NCBI GenBank assembly: GCA_964016885.1
Contig: OZ024740.1
Coordinates: 53,568,001 to 53,632,000 of the forward strand
Direction of reading: 5' to 3'
Origin: Eledone cirrhosa
Lineage: Eukaryota
DNA length: 64,000 nt
The notes beneath the pieces were generated by a model. It saw only the letters and a list, made by a program, of their open reading frames with translations, made no database searches and was not told where the DNA came from. The stretch's first letter is position 1, and every line of letters starts with the position of its first letter. Positions 1-13,069 of the stretch are shown piece by piece. A program made the translations under genes and the position numbers.

Positions 1-180
1 TGAACCCAAGACAAATATAAGCCAAATTCCTATACTCGACCTTAATATCATACGATACCGCTGAAGAGAGAGCTAGATCTTTCCAAATGTATACCCATCT
101 CTAGTCTAGTATATCACTGGTATGGGGAAGACAGACCTTATCAAGATACAGCCGCCGCATTACGCATTATGTAGTTGGTA

Positions 181-211
<31 letters not shown>

Positions 212-239
212 CAACTAGAAATTGATTGACACACACACA

Positions 240-378
<139 letters not shown>

Positions 379-384
379 CCTTCT

Positions 385-1075
385 TCTACACATCCTCTAC
401 CGGTGCCATGACAATATTTCTCCCTCAGCTCACCCTATCTAGCATTGCCATCTGAATTTCTCATGCCTCCATCTCGGTGACATCCTCTAATATATCAGCG
501 TTGTGTTTGGTATCCCAACTCGTCTGCACACATCAGGTTTCCAGGACAGACTCTGCCAGGACGTTCATCGTGACATTTCACATGTCCGGCTAATGCAGCC
601 TCCTACACCTTATGATGTCAGAAAGGCGGAGGTGTGATCCGTAGAGTGATTACCTTGCTACGTGTGTTCTCCAGGATATGCTCTTGACTGTACTCAGCGT
701 CCGGGTGTGTTATCTTGTCTGGGTCTAAGACTCACATCCGTAGAGGAAAATGGACTCGACCGTTGCGTTGAATAACCTTATTTTTGTGGTCTTCTTGAAC
801 GTATATACTCACACTTTTGATAGGGAGTTGAGAAAACCCAATGCTTTGCCTATCCTGGTGTCCACGTCCTGCTCAGTATTCATAAAACTACAAAGTTACA
901 AGAAGTCATCGAAGTCCTCTAGCTCCGAACCGTCAGCGCAACCATTTGTTTATTTGACGTTGTACTGAGGTGCATGGATTTTGTTTTGCCAGTATTTAAG
1001 AAGAGTCAAATGGAATGTGCAGCAGCCTCCACCATGTAGTGCTTCTTCAGCTTCTTTGCAGGTGTTTTCCAGGGG
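385..1075 (-). mobile_element. Decayed RTE-like LINE, 3' part (RT C-terminal region)
   Basis: Manual minus-strand translation with stops and frameshifts: LENTCKEAEEALH..LFLNTGKTKSM..EDFDDFL*L..NTEQDVDTRIGKA..KIRLFNATVESIFLYGCES*T. This is colinear with the intact RT at 4034-6040 (LVTNTVKEAEDL..NETKTKYL..LKIRLFIAVVESVLLYGSETW). Confidence 0.85.
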
Positions 1076-1099
1076 AAAATCCGTACTAGAGAGAGATCA

Positions 1100-1805
1100 G
1101 CTGTTCTAGAATATTCTACATATCAGGAACGCTCAGACTTTGCTAGAATGCATGCAAATCAGTCTAACGCTGGTCTCCCCAGTGCTGTTACGTCAAGAAG
1201 TTTATGTCATCTGGAGAATGTGATATATATCCAAGGAAAAGACCGCCTTGTGACTTGGAGGGGGCACCTCCACAAACAACTATCAGGTGACAATTATTGT
1301 GAGCATTGTCAGCCAGACACAGCGTTTGAACCAATATTTGAAGTCCATCCAGAGATAAACATCACTGAATTCACCATAGAAGAGGTCGTCAATGCACTAA
1401 AAGCAATGAAACCAGGCAAAGCTCCTGATATTGATGGCTTAACTGTAGACCTATGGAAACTATACAGAGCTCGCACGTTTCTAAGAGACATCTACATCGA
1501 AACCTTTGAAGGGCACTGACCCGGGGAATGGTGTTTATATTAGGAATAGTACCAATACCGACGAAAGGTGACCTTACCATATGCACCAACTATAGAAGCA
1601 TCAGTCGTACGCAAATTGCAGTGAAGACTTACAATAGGATGATCATGAATAGGATCAGACCAAGTATCGGCAACACCCTATGTTCCAGCCAAAATGGATT
1701 TCAGCCATTTCACTCTACCGCATCACACCTTTGAACAAAGAAGGGGTGTTGAGGAGGTACGAAATATCAAGAAGGAGGCACCAATTTTATTCATAGATTT
1801 TAGAA

Positions 1806-1808
<3 letters not shown>
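1100..1808 (+). mobile_element. Decayed RTE-like LINE, linker plus N-terminal RT
   Basis: ORFs 1148-1519, 1528-1734 and 1694-1939 give FTIEEV..KPGKAPDIDG, PIPTKGDLTICTNYRSIS, SQNGFQPFHST and ILFIDFRR, ending at a (TA)n tract. Confidence 0.9.
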
Positions 1809-1870
<62 letters not shown>

Positions 1871-2025
1871 CCAGATTTAATAACAGAACACACTCACTGT
1901 TTGGTTGGTTTTCGCTTCTGTATCTTTTATATCAGTTAATTTATTTGGTCCTCAACGTTTACCATTGACTGACCAACGGTAAAAAATACAGATATAATAT
2001 AGACACAAACACTTATATATAGTCT

Positions 2026-2067
2026 AACACATTTCTTTCATTGCACATCTGCAACATCGTCAGTGGT
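2026..2067 (-). ncRNA. Decayed hammerhead ribozyme motif (left arm)
   Basis: Reverse complement: acca CTGACGA T GTTGCA-GATG-TGCAAT GAAA GAAATG TGTT. The stem III and cleavage-site region is mutated. Confidence 0.5.
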
Positions 2068-3052
2068 GCTATTATGTTTCCTCCTGTTGTATTGTATGTC
2101 TACGCCATCTTTATTTAATCTGTTTATTTATTTATTTATTTATTTTTGTCTTCTACTCTGCGCATGCGTTTGCGTGTGTGTATAGTCTTGGTGTGTTTTC
2201 GCGTTTGGGTGACTGTGTTTTGGTTATTGTATTCTATCTTAGTTTACTAGCGTGTGTTTATATGTTTGTTGTTATTGTGTTTGTGTATATATTTATTAAT
2301 CTTTAAGTGGGTCTTTCTCAGGGCCTTTCTACACTGGTTAGCTAATTTCCCTCCAGGCGTAGCGTCCACGAACATGACACTCTGGTATCTCTGGTTGTCG
2401 TACCATGGGGTGACTTTCCCTATCTTATGTTTAGTCCTATCTAAGCTATTCCATGATTTGCTCCTGTATAATGGGCAAATTCCTTTCATGTCCAGTATGT
2501 ACAGAGGGTACTTGCAGAAACATGACAACAACATACATAGGCGAGACAACTCGTAGCATAGGTGAAAGGATAGACCAACCCTGGGGGGAACTAAAAGAAC
2601 GAAAAACAGTTCAGTACTATACGAACACGCCAGACAACAACATGACAGTAACATAGACAACATAGAAATTAAAATAATAGAAATGACCCAGCAGATAGGC
2701 AAATCAGAGAGGCAAGTGAAATAGATCTTAAAAGGCCAAAGCTAAACAGAAAAAATGAATGGAATAACAACAACATTCAAACAAACAATACTGACCTAAG
2801 AGATATATAAATAAATAAATAAATATATACACAAGCGCAATAACAACAAACATATAAACACACACTAGAAAACTAAGATAGAATACAATAACCAAAACAC
2901 AGTCACCCAAACGCGAACACACACCAAACACTATACACACACGTAAACGCATGCGCAGAGAAGAAGACAAAAATAAATGAATAAATAAATAAAAAAACAT
3001 ATTAAATAAAGATGGCGTAGACATACAATACAACAGGAGGAAACATAATAAC

Positions 3053-3094
3053 ACCACTGACGATGTTGCAGATGTGCAACGAAAGAACTTTGTT
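3053..3094 (+). ncRNA. Minimal type-I hammerhead ribozyme motif
   Basis: acca CTGACGA T GTTGCA-GATG-TGCAAC GAAA GAAC TT tgtt. Core intact, stem I imperfect. Confidence 0.65.
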
Positions 3095-3374
3095 AGACTA
3101 TATATATGTGTTTGTGTCTATATTATATCTGTATTTTTGACCGTTGGTCAGTCAATGGTAAACATTGAGGACCGAATAAATTAACTGATATAAAAGATAC
3201 AGAAGCGCGAAAACCAACCAAACAGTTAGTGTGTTCTGTTATTAATTCTGGCAATATTATTATAACAATATGACCCTCCCCAAGTATAACAATATGTGTT
3301 TCGACACACGATTTCATATAAAAAACCTCGCAAAAAAAAAACAGAAAAAAAAAATATAGAGAGAGAGAGGGGAC

Positions 3375-3641
3375 ACAATGCAGCACCCAGTCCGAGAGCA
3401 AGACACTTCATTTCCCGCTGTATCAGTTCACTCAGCTCTAGAAATGAATTGCGGCGTCACAGGTGCCGAGCTGTATCGGCCATTGCCTTTCCCTAGGATG
3501 ACATCGGTGGCGTGGAGAGTGTGGCTGGTATGCATAGGCAACTGGTTGTCTTCCACAAACAACTTTGCCCGGACCTGTGCCTCGGAGGAGAAGTTTCTAT
3601 GTGCAAATCACATAAGCATTCGTGACGGAAGGAGGTCTTTA
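3375..3641 (+). mobile_element. SINE-like fragment
   Basis: GC-balanced 270-bp block between microsatellites with a gagcaagacacttcatttc..cagttcactcagct central-domain-like motif. Family assignment is from recollection only. Confidence 0.45.
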
Positions 3642-3784
3642 CACTATATATATATATATAGAGAGAGAGAATATAGTAGTGATCGGATTTTGTAGGGGAA
3701 ATCGAAGACTGTGTCCACTGAGACATTGATATATTCATGTGACTTATTATAGTACATACACGCACACACACATATATATATATA

Positions 3785-4029
<245 letters not shown>

Positions 4030-4033
4030 CTAT

Positions 4034-6100
4034 CTAAGGCGGGTAAAATTCCCGAGATCCATGGACGAGTTCTTTCCAGCGGTCTCTGTCCCTCATTATC
4101 GCTGCCATATCCTGCATCTCCAACAGACCAGTGTCTGTCCTTAGGGCATAAACATATGTTAACCTTGGTCTTCCTCTTCTAGTGTGTCCATGTAGGGGCT
4201 CCCAAAGGAGCACTGAGTGCAATGTCAACTCTGGATGTCGGTGAGCATGTCCAGCCAACCTCAGTCTCCTCTGTGTCACTTTTGAGCTGACTTTTGGGAT
4301 GCTCCCATACAGCTCTGAGTTTTTCATCCTCAGTGTATACTGATTAATGTTCAGAGCCATCCTCAGCATTCTCGTGTAGCACCCATCCACCATCTGAGTG
4401 AGTCTCTTGGTCAGTGTCCAAGTCTCAGACCCATACAGCAGCACAGACTCCACTACAGCAATGAAGAGGCGGATTTTCAGGTCTCTACGAAGGTCCGACT
4501 TCCACACCGATCTCAAGCTGTGACACGCCGCCCAGGCCTTGCTCTTCCTCTCAACCACATCATCTTCCGTATTCCCAATCTTTGCTCCCAAATACAGGAA
4601 GTCCTCAACCAATTCCAGCGGCTTCCCGCCTACATTAGTGATCCCCTCTGGCTTCTCAACATTCTCTACCAGATATTTTGTTTTAGTCTCATTCATTCTC
4701 AGCCCCACACTCATCGACACAGTCTCAACCTCCCGCATCAAATCCTCCGCCTCCTTCACTGTATTTGTCACCAAAACTATGTCGTCGGCAAATTCAGCAT
4801 CCGATACCTTTTTCGCCCCAACTCTCCTGCTCCGAGCCGGTGCTACAGTAAAGCCAGAGTCCTGGTGTTTCTCCAGTGCAAGGCGCATACAATAGTCCAC
4901 CACGATGACAAAAAGGTAGGGAGCCAATGTATCTCCCTGGAGCACTCCAGCCAGTATCTCAAAGAACTCTGTCATCCCATCAGGTGCAATGACTTGGGCT
5001 TTGGTGTTGGTGTAGAGCAGTGATATCAGGTCCACTATCCTCTTGGGGATTCCATAAGCCTGTAAGATCTTCATCAGGCAGTAACGGTCCACAGAATCAA
5101 AGGCCTTCCTAAAGTCAATGAAAACCATGACCGCAGGAAGGCACTTTGCTCTAGCTCCCTCTAATATCCTCCTCAGCATCAGGATGTGACTGGTGGTTGA
5201 TCTACCCTCTCTGAAGCCGTTCTGGTTGTCCCTGAGCTTCTTCTCCATCTCAGGCTGGATCCTGTTAAGAATCATCCTGTTGAGGGTCTTTGCCACAAGT
5301 GACGTCAGTGAGATCCCCCCGTAGTTGTTGGTGTTAGAGAGATCTCCCTTCTTTGGCACTGGGACGATGTTACTGATCCTCCACTGATTCGGGGCAACTC
5401 CTTTCTCCAGTGCCCCGTTACAGAACCCCAGGATGATATCATCAAAATCACACCTCTTCATCACCTCTGATGCCACTCCATCCTCTCCATGAGCCTTGCC
5501 CTCCTTGATCTTCTTCTTGGCTCTCTGAAGCTCCTCTCTGGTGAAGGGCTCTGTCTCAACATCCAGTTCCTCAAACAGCCGCCTGATCTCCCCAGTGCTC
5601 TGGGCTGTGGAGGGTGGCTCTCCTAGTAGGGTCCTAAAATGGTCTAGCCATTTCCTCTTCCTATCCTCGGGCCCCGTTCCCTGGATCTGACTCGAACACC
5701 TTTTCTTCCTCCCTGTGATCTCGTTGATGATCATCCAGCTCTCCTTACATCCAGATCTGTCAACCGCTCTCTCCACACTTCTGATCTTCTCTATCAGTGC
5801 CTCCTCTCTGACCTCAGTGTAAGCGGTACAGAGCTCTTCCCTCATCACCTCCACAGTCTCCATCCTCTCCTCCGTAGGATCAGCATAGAATTGGTCCCTG
5901 GCAGCTTTCAGGTGTTCTCTGGCTGCACACACTTTTGGGTTTGCAGAGCTGAGGTGCTTCCCTTTGTTCTTTTTCCTCGGCACCAGGGTTTCACTTGCTT
6001 TCGCCACTGCATTGGTGAAGTGCCCGTACCTCCTCGTCACACTCTCCTCAGTCCATCCAATCTCTCTCTCCTCTGACTCTCCACACAGAGCACTAAACCT
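4034..6100 (-). CDS. LINE reverse transcriptase (C-terminal two-thirds of the RTE-like ORF)
   Basis: Open frame with PKKGDLS..NYGGISL, NQNGFREGRST, FIDFRKAFDSV, GVLQGDTLAPYLF, FADD, FLYLG and RRLRLAGH. The frame stays open upstream of the track start, to RFSAL at 6100. Confidence 0.95.
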   Translation of the reverse strand, partial: RFSALCGESEEREIGWTEESVTRRYGHFTNAVAKASETLVPRKKNKGKHLSSANPKVCAAREHLKAARDQFYADPTEERMETVEVMREELCTAYTEVREEALIEKIRSVERAVDRSGCKESWMIINEITGRKKRCSSQIQGTGPEDRKRKWLDHFRTLLGEPPSTAQSTGEIRRLFEELDVETEPFTREELQRAKKKIKEGKAHGEDGVASEVMKRCDFDDIILGFCNGALEKGVAPNQWRISNIVPVPKKGDLSNTNNYGGISLTSLVAKTLNRMILNRIQPEMEKKLRDNQNGFREGRSTTSHILMLRRILEGARAKCLPAVMVFIDFRKAFDSVDRYCLMKILQAYGIPKRIVDLISLLYTNTKAQVIAPDGMTEFFEILAGVLQGDTLAPYLFVIVVDYCMRLALEKHQDSGFTVAPARSRRVGAKKVSDAEFADDIVLVTNTVKEAEDLMREVETVSMSVGLRMNETKTKYLVENVEKPEGITNVGGKPLELVEDFLYLGAKIGNTEDDVVERKSKAWAACHSLRSVWKSDLRRDLKIRLFIAVVESVLLYGSETWTLTKRLTQMVDGCYTRMLRMALNINQYTLRMKNSELYGSIPKVSSKVTQRRLRLAGHAHRHPELTLHSVLLWEPLHGHTRRGRPRLTYVYALRTDTGLLEMQDMAAIMRDRDRWKELVHGSREFYPP

Positions 6101-6313
6101 GTCCTGGGTATGACATTAAACTACATCCAGTGGCAAGGCTCCAGTTCGGGAGTTCAGGAGATGTGGGGAATGTGGAGTTACCCCTTAGTTGTCATGACTC
6201 CCAGGTCTGCCCTGGCCCGGGGTGGTAGTACCTGTTAGGGCTCCATTTATGGGTTAAATAACTACCTTATTCGAGTGGCGCCGGTAAGGTATTGTCAGCC
6301 ATTGAAAAGAAAT

Positions 6314-7342
6314 ATGGAGAGTCGATCTAACAGCACTAGGGTTAGAGCCCCTAATTACACTGTCAAGGAGCAGTCTGGTCGTTATGACTCTGCTGGCTTA
6401 GAGCCACAGGGAGGGCCAGTGGATGATGGATCAGCTGTCTCTGAGACAAATATAAAGAATGCAGTTTTGTCCTGCAGGAGAGCCATCAAAATGGGCACTT
6501 TGAATGTGAGGACTATTCGAACGCTGGAGAAGAGAGAGGAGTTGGGACATCTGTTCGAGGAGAGTGGTATACAGATACTTGCGATCCAAGAACACAGGAT
6601 TCTACACGATGAGCCCGTGAGGAGTGTGATGATCGGGAGGAAGAGCCAGCTCATCACTACATCGGCAGTGAAGAACACAACAAATGCTGCAGTGGGAGGA
6701 GTGGGTTTTGTGTTCAGTGCAAAAACCAATCTGTTGGTGAGGGAAATAATGCCTATCTCCCCGCGAGTGTTGAGGGTGACCTTCAATGGAAACCCAAGAC
6801 TGACAGTCATCTCAGCCTATAGTCCAACTGAGGGGGACAGTGATGTGAATGCCGAGGAGTTCCATGAGGAGGTGTGTAGAGCTGTCAACACCACTCAGGC
6901 ACACAATATCCTGCTTGTTTTGGGGGACTTCAATGCACATCTGAGTAAGGAGGGCAGTGGAGATCCTTGCTGGTACTTCCATAACAACACCAACCGAAAT
7001 GGAAGACTACTGAGAGACACCCTGCTGGAGGCGAACTTGATGGCGACCAACCTAAGGTTTAGGAAGAATCTGGGGAAGATGTGGACCTACATCTCAGATA
7101 TGCACCTGTCCAAGTCCCAGATTGATTTCATTCTGGTGAGGAAAAAGTGGCGGAATAGTGTTCTGAACACGGAACCATACAGCTATTTCAGTACACTGGG
7201 TAGTGACCACCGGCTTGTTATGAGTGAGGTCCGCGTGAGCTTAAGAAAGAGCAAGGCTCAGCCCCGGAGAACAATCTATGACTGGGGAGCTTTCAAGGAA
7301 GATGATAAGCTACAGGAGAGGTTCACAGTGGAAGTGAGAAAC
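6314..7342 (+). CDS. Apurinic-like (APE/EEP) endonuclease domain of the same LINE, inverted
   Basis: Motifs TLNVRT, AIQEHR, GGVGF, SAYSPT, LGDFNAH, SQIDFIL and SDHRLV. The element-derived frame ends at ..FTVEVRN. Confidence 0.95.
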
Positions 7343-7365
7343 ACCACTATATATATATATATATA

Positions 7366-7449
<84 letters not shown>

Positions 7450-7538
7450 CATATATATTAATATATATATATACATACATATATATATATATATATATAC
7501 ATATATATTAATATATATATATACATACATATATATAT

Positions 7539-7767
7539 ACCTTATATATATATTTATTAAAATAACAGATTAAAGTTTAAGCAAAGAATCGCTGCTTTCA
7601 TCCTTAACGGGATCTTCTGAAGCTAAAAAAGTCAATCTGTGAACACAGAAGTGAATCTGCGTTCACAGATTGACTTTGTTAGTTTCAGAAGAGCCCGTTA
7701 AGGGTGAAAGCAGCGATTATTTGCTTAAACTTTAACCTGTTATTTTAATAAATATATATATAAGGTA
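7539..7767. repeat. Palindromic short element with hammerhead-like motifs on both arms
   Basis: ~105-bp inverted arms centred near 7652. Right arm reads CAGAAGA GCCC-GTTAA-GGGT GAAA. Related copies at 43345-43425 and 48140-48245. Confidence 0.8.
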
Positions 7768-7944
7768 TATTAGTAATCGGTTTTCGTTATTTCAATCGAT
7801 TTCAATCGCTCTCTAGATGTAATAATTTCAAAAATAAATGGAACATGTAAACATTATGTAATAAATGCTATTCCTTCTTCTATGGTGAACAGTGTGCTCA
7901 TCTAACAACTTATTGTCTACTTATATATATATACACACAGCTCA

Positions 7945-8064
<120 letters not shown>

Positions 8065-11024
8065 AAAGTAAGTCCATAGAATCATTTGATGAAATATATA
8101 CAGTATTTCTCCTCCCGATCAGCATAATCAACCACATAAAATATCAATTAAACGAGGCTATAAGTTTAAAATGTACCTATGAAGAAACAATAGATAAATA
8201 AATGATAGCTATTTTATCCGCGATCCACAGTCACAGAAGATTTACCCAGTATTTCTAATAGCCCGAAGAAATTAACTAGACATATAGTTAACCATACACA
8301 ATTAGGTACAAAATCAAAGTTAGAAGAAAAAATGTACATAAACATACCAATGTATATATGTATGTGTGTGTGTCTGTTGGCGGGTGTGTGTGTGTTTAAT
8401 ATATGATAACTGAAATGTTTTATTTTCTTTATAACGCTCACTGTATGCCAAACTGCCCCTCAAATTAAACAATGTTACCAATGTTGATCTATAACAATTG
8501 CTTATTTGTCACTAACATTATAGTAATTGAATAAAAGTATTTGAACGGCCAGCATCTTCACACTCGTGCTCTATTGTCAAAACTGATGAAAGTACGCAGA
8601 GACGCGTGAACGCATAAATGTCGACGCATGCGCAATTAAGCGATGCCACACTCATGCTTTCGTTTACAAAGAAAATTAACCTATTAGTTTGTATGCATAC
8701 TAGCATGTCTTTTTTGTATATATTATGGCACTCAGTTTATGGCGTGTTAATTTGTTATTAAACTAACATTATGTACCGCCTGCATTAACAACAATGTCAA
8801 CATCAAAATGTAATAAATGATCTTTTTTTTAATTGACGTCACGCCATTTGACCTTAATACTTTCTAAGATTGGGAGAAGGAAGACATGAATGAATTGATA
8901 TTCGACCCCAGTACTTGACTGGGGTTTTATTTTATAGACTATGTAAGGATAAATGTCGGTCCCGGTTGGGATTTGAAATCAGAAGGTAAATGGACTCAGT
9001 TGAACGTAATTGAATACCGAAAAGCATGTTGTGGCAAATCGCTATCTAATCTGCCAATACATCGTATTCCTCTTAGCTTAGTGATTAAAAAACATAGTAT
9101 CTAACATGATCACAAGCGTACAGATTATGGGGTCATGGGGTGGATCGGGCAGTCGATTATAATAATCTGTAGTACTTTAATGGTATTTATTTCATTAGTC
9201 ACTGTAAATTAAAAAGAAAATATGCTCGACAGAGAAGTGACTCCAGAAATTAAGCTATTTAACGAAATACAGTAGTGAATTCTATCGAACAAACTGCCGC
9301 TTCGTCTAATTTATCGACGTAACAAACAACAAGAACAACAAGAAATAATAATTCAGATCATCAATTTTGCGTGAGAGGAAAGGCAATTAAATCGACCTCA
9401 GTACTTGATTTGTAATTCTTGTATCACTACTTATATAATTTTCCTTTATATGTACTGTGGAAGAGGGGTATTTCAAAGACAAATTGGGGGAGACCCGTAG
9501 TATCAAATAAAAAAAAAACTCCTAAAGTAAACTTTACCCCGACTACCAAAGGAAAGTACTCTCTCCCAGCTGTTTTTCGGCTTAGTGTAGGCCCATATAC
9601 GTGAAGAATTCTTTATTTTTATCTGTATATATTATCCGGAATTGCAATGTCTTCCGTGATTTCTTGCGGCTAAAAGGTTTTGCTTCTAATCTATTGACGT
9701 AACAAACAACAACAACAGCAACAATAACATTAAATCAGGTACACGATCAGCAAGAACACGATATTATCGGCTTTTCGCAACACTCCTCATTTTCTATCGA
9801 AAGCCGTTCAAGGCCTTTGAGATAGGCATTAATTTTCTTCACTTTAGGTTCATCAAAAGCTCTCTACCCATTGTTTAAGGGCTGTAGAAAATGGTTCATA
9901 TTTGCCTAGAATCGAAAAGCACGCACCCATCGAATGGCTTTCCCGCCTTAGTTTGTATCAGAATATGCCTTAGCTCAGACAATGTAACATTCATGTTTCA
10001 CGACGTAAAGTCAGTCGATTTCTATTTTCTCCACTAGCCATTCGGCTGTTGGATGGTTCCCCTTCATATATATTAATTTGCTACAATTTATTGATTCTAT
10101 TCTAATGGATATTTTCGGACAGATACCCCATCGGGTGTTGATAATCGCCATCATCAACTCCCACGTATCTAGTTAGATAATCCATTGCGTTCGATGGTTT
10201 TCCTTTCGGAAATAAACACATTCTGCTTTCCGGTCACTGGGCCCTTGTGTATGCATTCTCGCAAGGTGGTCTGAGTAGACGATCAGCAGAAACTGTTGGC
10301 ACCTTGGACAATTCCTGGCCACTTATTTCACAAATTTTAACATGAAATATTATCTGGGTCTAATTGGTACCTGTGATACGCCTGAGAAGATTTATAAAAT
10401 GAAATATTCCTTGACGTCTGATTTCGGCCACCTTACATAAGCCGGTGAACTGAAGGCTAGTAGTTTGAAGCCACTGTCTTCACTGTTATTCCCGCCCTTG
10501 ACGATCAACTTAAATCCGGGTTCAGAAATATCGCCCATATTTTGAGCTTTCCGAAACGACACTGCCATATCACTCGGTATAAAAACCGACTAAAATATGA
10601 CATTTCAGGCAGAAAATATGACATTCGCCACAGAAAAATGTAACATGTTTCCAATAACATTGCGTTACAACAAATGTTTGTGAGAGTCTCAGGACTGTGA
10701 TGGCATCAATAATCAAGCAGACCTATGATGAAATGAATTTCAGCCATGATAATGTAGTCGTTTTTGTATATCAGTGACTACGTTTTCCAAATTAATTATT
10801 CGTTATTCCAGACATTAGGCTAGGATTCAATGGAAATTTGGCAGGTATATTTACCAGGTCGAGTGATTACATAAACAGGATCGGCCGCATGATAGTACTG
10901 AGGAGAAAAACATACTTTGCGCGTAAATTGATAGGGAGACATGATATGTTCATTTGCGTTGCGAGAAATAGCAGTCAAATACATGAATAAGTATTTGTAT
11001 GATTATGTGTATGTATAAGACTAG

Positions 11025-11064
<40 letters not shown>

Positions 11065-11111
11065 AATAGCCCACAGCACACACAAATACCCACATAGAAA
11101 CTCACACATAA

Positions 11112-11147
<36 letters not shown>

Positions 11148-11332
11148 CATAAGCATACGGACGCACAGGCAAATATTGTTCAGATTTTAATGTCTCTAGG
11201 AGCTTACATGCTCGACTTTGTCAACTATTTTTCCTAATAAAAAAATCTGCTTTGAAGCAGCTAACAATTTAAATGCTGCTGAACAGTTTGTGCATAAAAA
11301 TGTCCCCTTAATCTATTTTATTTCTCATTCTT

Positions 11333-11368
11333 TCTTCTGACGAAGGACTAGCGTCCGAAACGTTAAGA
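11333..11368 (+). ncRNA. Minimal type-I hammerhead ribozyme
   Basis: TCTT CTGACGA A GGAC-TAGC-GTCC GAAA CG TT AAGA. Stem I TCTT/AAGA, 4-bp stem II, palindromic AACGTT in place of stem III. Confidence 0.8.
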
Positions 11369-11429
11369 CCCTCTTCCTGCTATATCAAACGTTAACCTAA
11401 TATATACCTTCCATATACTGTACCAACGG

Positions 11430-11580
11430 CTATTTCAGTCCAGAAATAGCCGTCGAAACGGCTTGAATTCTGCCCCGGGGTCTTGAACATTTTCCTATTA
11501 CCCATTTTCCTACTACCCTTAGTATTGAGTACTCTGGTGCGTTATGGTCCACCTGGCTCCTTACCACACTTCCTTCGTTA

Positions 11581-11582
<2 letters not shown>
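11430..11582 (+). repeat. Short TA-flanked repeat family
   Basis: Shared agccgtcgaaacggcttga and agtattgagtactctggtgcg blocks. Other copies at 13130-13180, 16676-16864, 17312-17495 and 47710-47900. Confidence 0.8.
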
Positions 11583-11630
<48 letters not shown>

Positions 11631-11650
11631 CACACACACACACACACACA

Positions 11651-11727
<77 letters not shown>

Positions 11728-11829
11728 CTCTATATCTATATATATATATATATATATATAGAAGTTATTCCGGGTTGATTCGGAGCTAACCACAGTAAGT
11801 AAGGTACTCAATACATAGTAGAGTATAAA

Positions 11830-12006
11830 AGTTTTAATATAGAAGAGCTTCTACAGGACTAGGACTGTTTAATTCGTGAGAAATCATCAGGGAGCTGGCT
11901 GTCCAAGTAAGTATTGGTATTTATATCTTTTTTATTTTTAGCTTCCTGATGATTTCTCACGAATAAAACAGTTCTAGTCTTGTAGAAGTTCTTCTATATT
12001 AAAACT
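11830..12006. repeat. Palindromic short element with decayed hammerhead motifs
   Basis: Arms 11830-11898 and 11940-12006. Right arm reads CTGATGA T TTC-TCAC-GAA T AAAA CAG (G12 lost). Confidence 0.75.
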
Positions 12007-12008
12007 AC

Positions 12009-12164
<156 letters not shown>

Positions 12165-12283
12165 TGTGTGTGTGTTTGTGTGTGTGTTTGAAAAGAAAGA
12201 AAAGATAAAAAGGTCATATATATAATGAAGACGTGTTATAGCAATAAACACACACACACACACACACACACATACACACATAT

Positions 12284-12326
<43 letters not shown>

Positions 12327-12929
12327 CAAATATCCAAAGAAATATTCCTATACTTCTAAACAAGTAAAACTTATGATCTCGGCTGAAATCAACTAAAACT
12401 CTTCAGAATTAGCTCAGTCAATAGACATAACTTGCGACCTAGGCACTTGATAAACAGATTTCTATAGAATATGAACTGGTCGAATCGAATGACTGACAAC
12501 ACAAAAATATTACATATAATTCGCTGTTAAATGATATATTTCAGACACATTAGACAAGCCATGTGCTATGGTATCCTGAACTAGCAACAGGCATTTACAG
12601 AAATAACCGTCGTGCTACAACCCAATCCATGTTGCCTGCTTTCTGTTATGACTAACTAACGCAAGAGTGACAGGCAACGACAGAAGACTGGATAGAGAAG
12701 GAGGCACAATAGGTCCACACACTACTGCACAACAACGTTATATTAAAATCTCAAAACACGTAATACGGAAACACTATATGATATAGTAAGTTATAGTGAT
12801 TCACTAAGTAATAGTGATTCACTAAGTAATAGTGGCTGACACATTCGGCTAAGGCAGGGTTATTCTTGTCTAAACAACAACGATAATAATAAATATATAT
12901 GCATATATATGCGTTTGTTTTATTGTTTA

Positions 12930-13069
<140 letters not shown>

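Larger units (their letters stand above)
1864..3345. mobile_element. Penelope-like fold-back element with inverted terminal arms
   Basis: Arms ~1864-2300 and ~2810-3257 are inverted copies. The core holds a minus-strand linker (MFVDATPGGKLANQCRKAL) and a plus-strand GIY-YIG remnant (YIGETTRSIGERI; QIREASEIDLKRPKLNRKNEW). Confidence 0.85.
4030..7342 (-). mobile_element. Full-length RTE-like LINE with 5' inversion and TSD ACCACTATATAT
   Basis: RT half on the minus strand (4030-6102); 5' UTR plus APE endonuclease on the plus strand (6103-7342). Identical 12-mers at 4018-4029 and 7343-7354. Confidence 0.93.

Noticed and set aside
54-100. Hammerhead-like CTGAAGA GAGAG-CTAGAT-CTTTC CAAA
   Set aside because: GAAA is mutated and stem I is unconvincing; possibly a decayed copy but not supportable.
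4520-5023. Plus-strand ORFs overlapping the RT
   Set aside because: Antisense shadows of the LINE ORF with no recognisable motifs.
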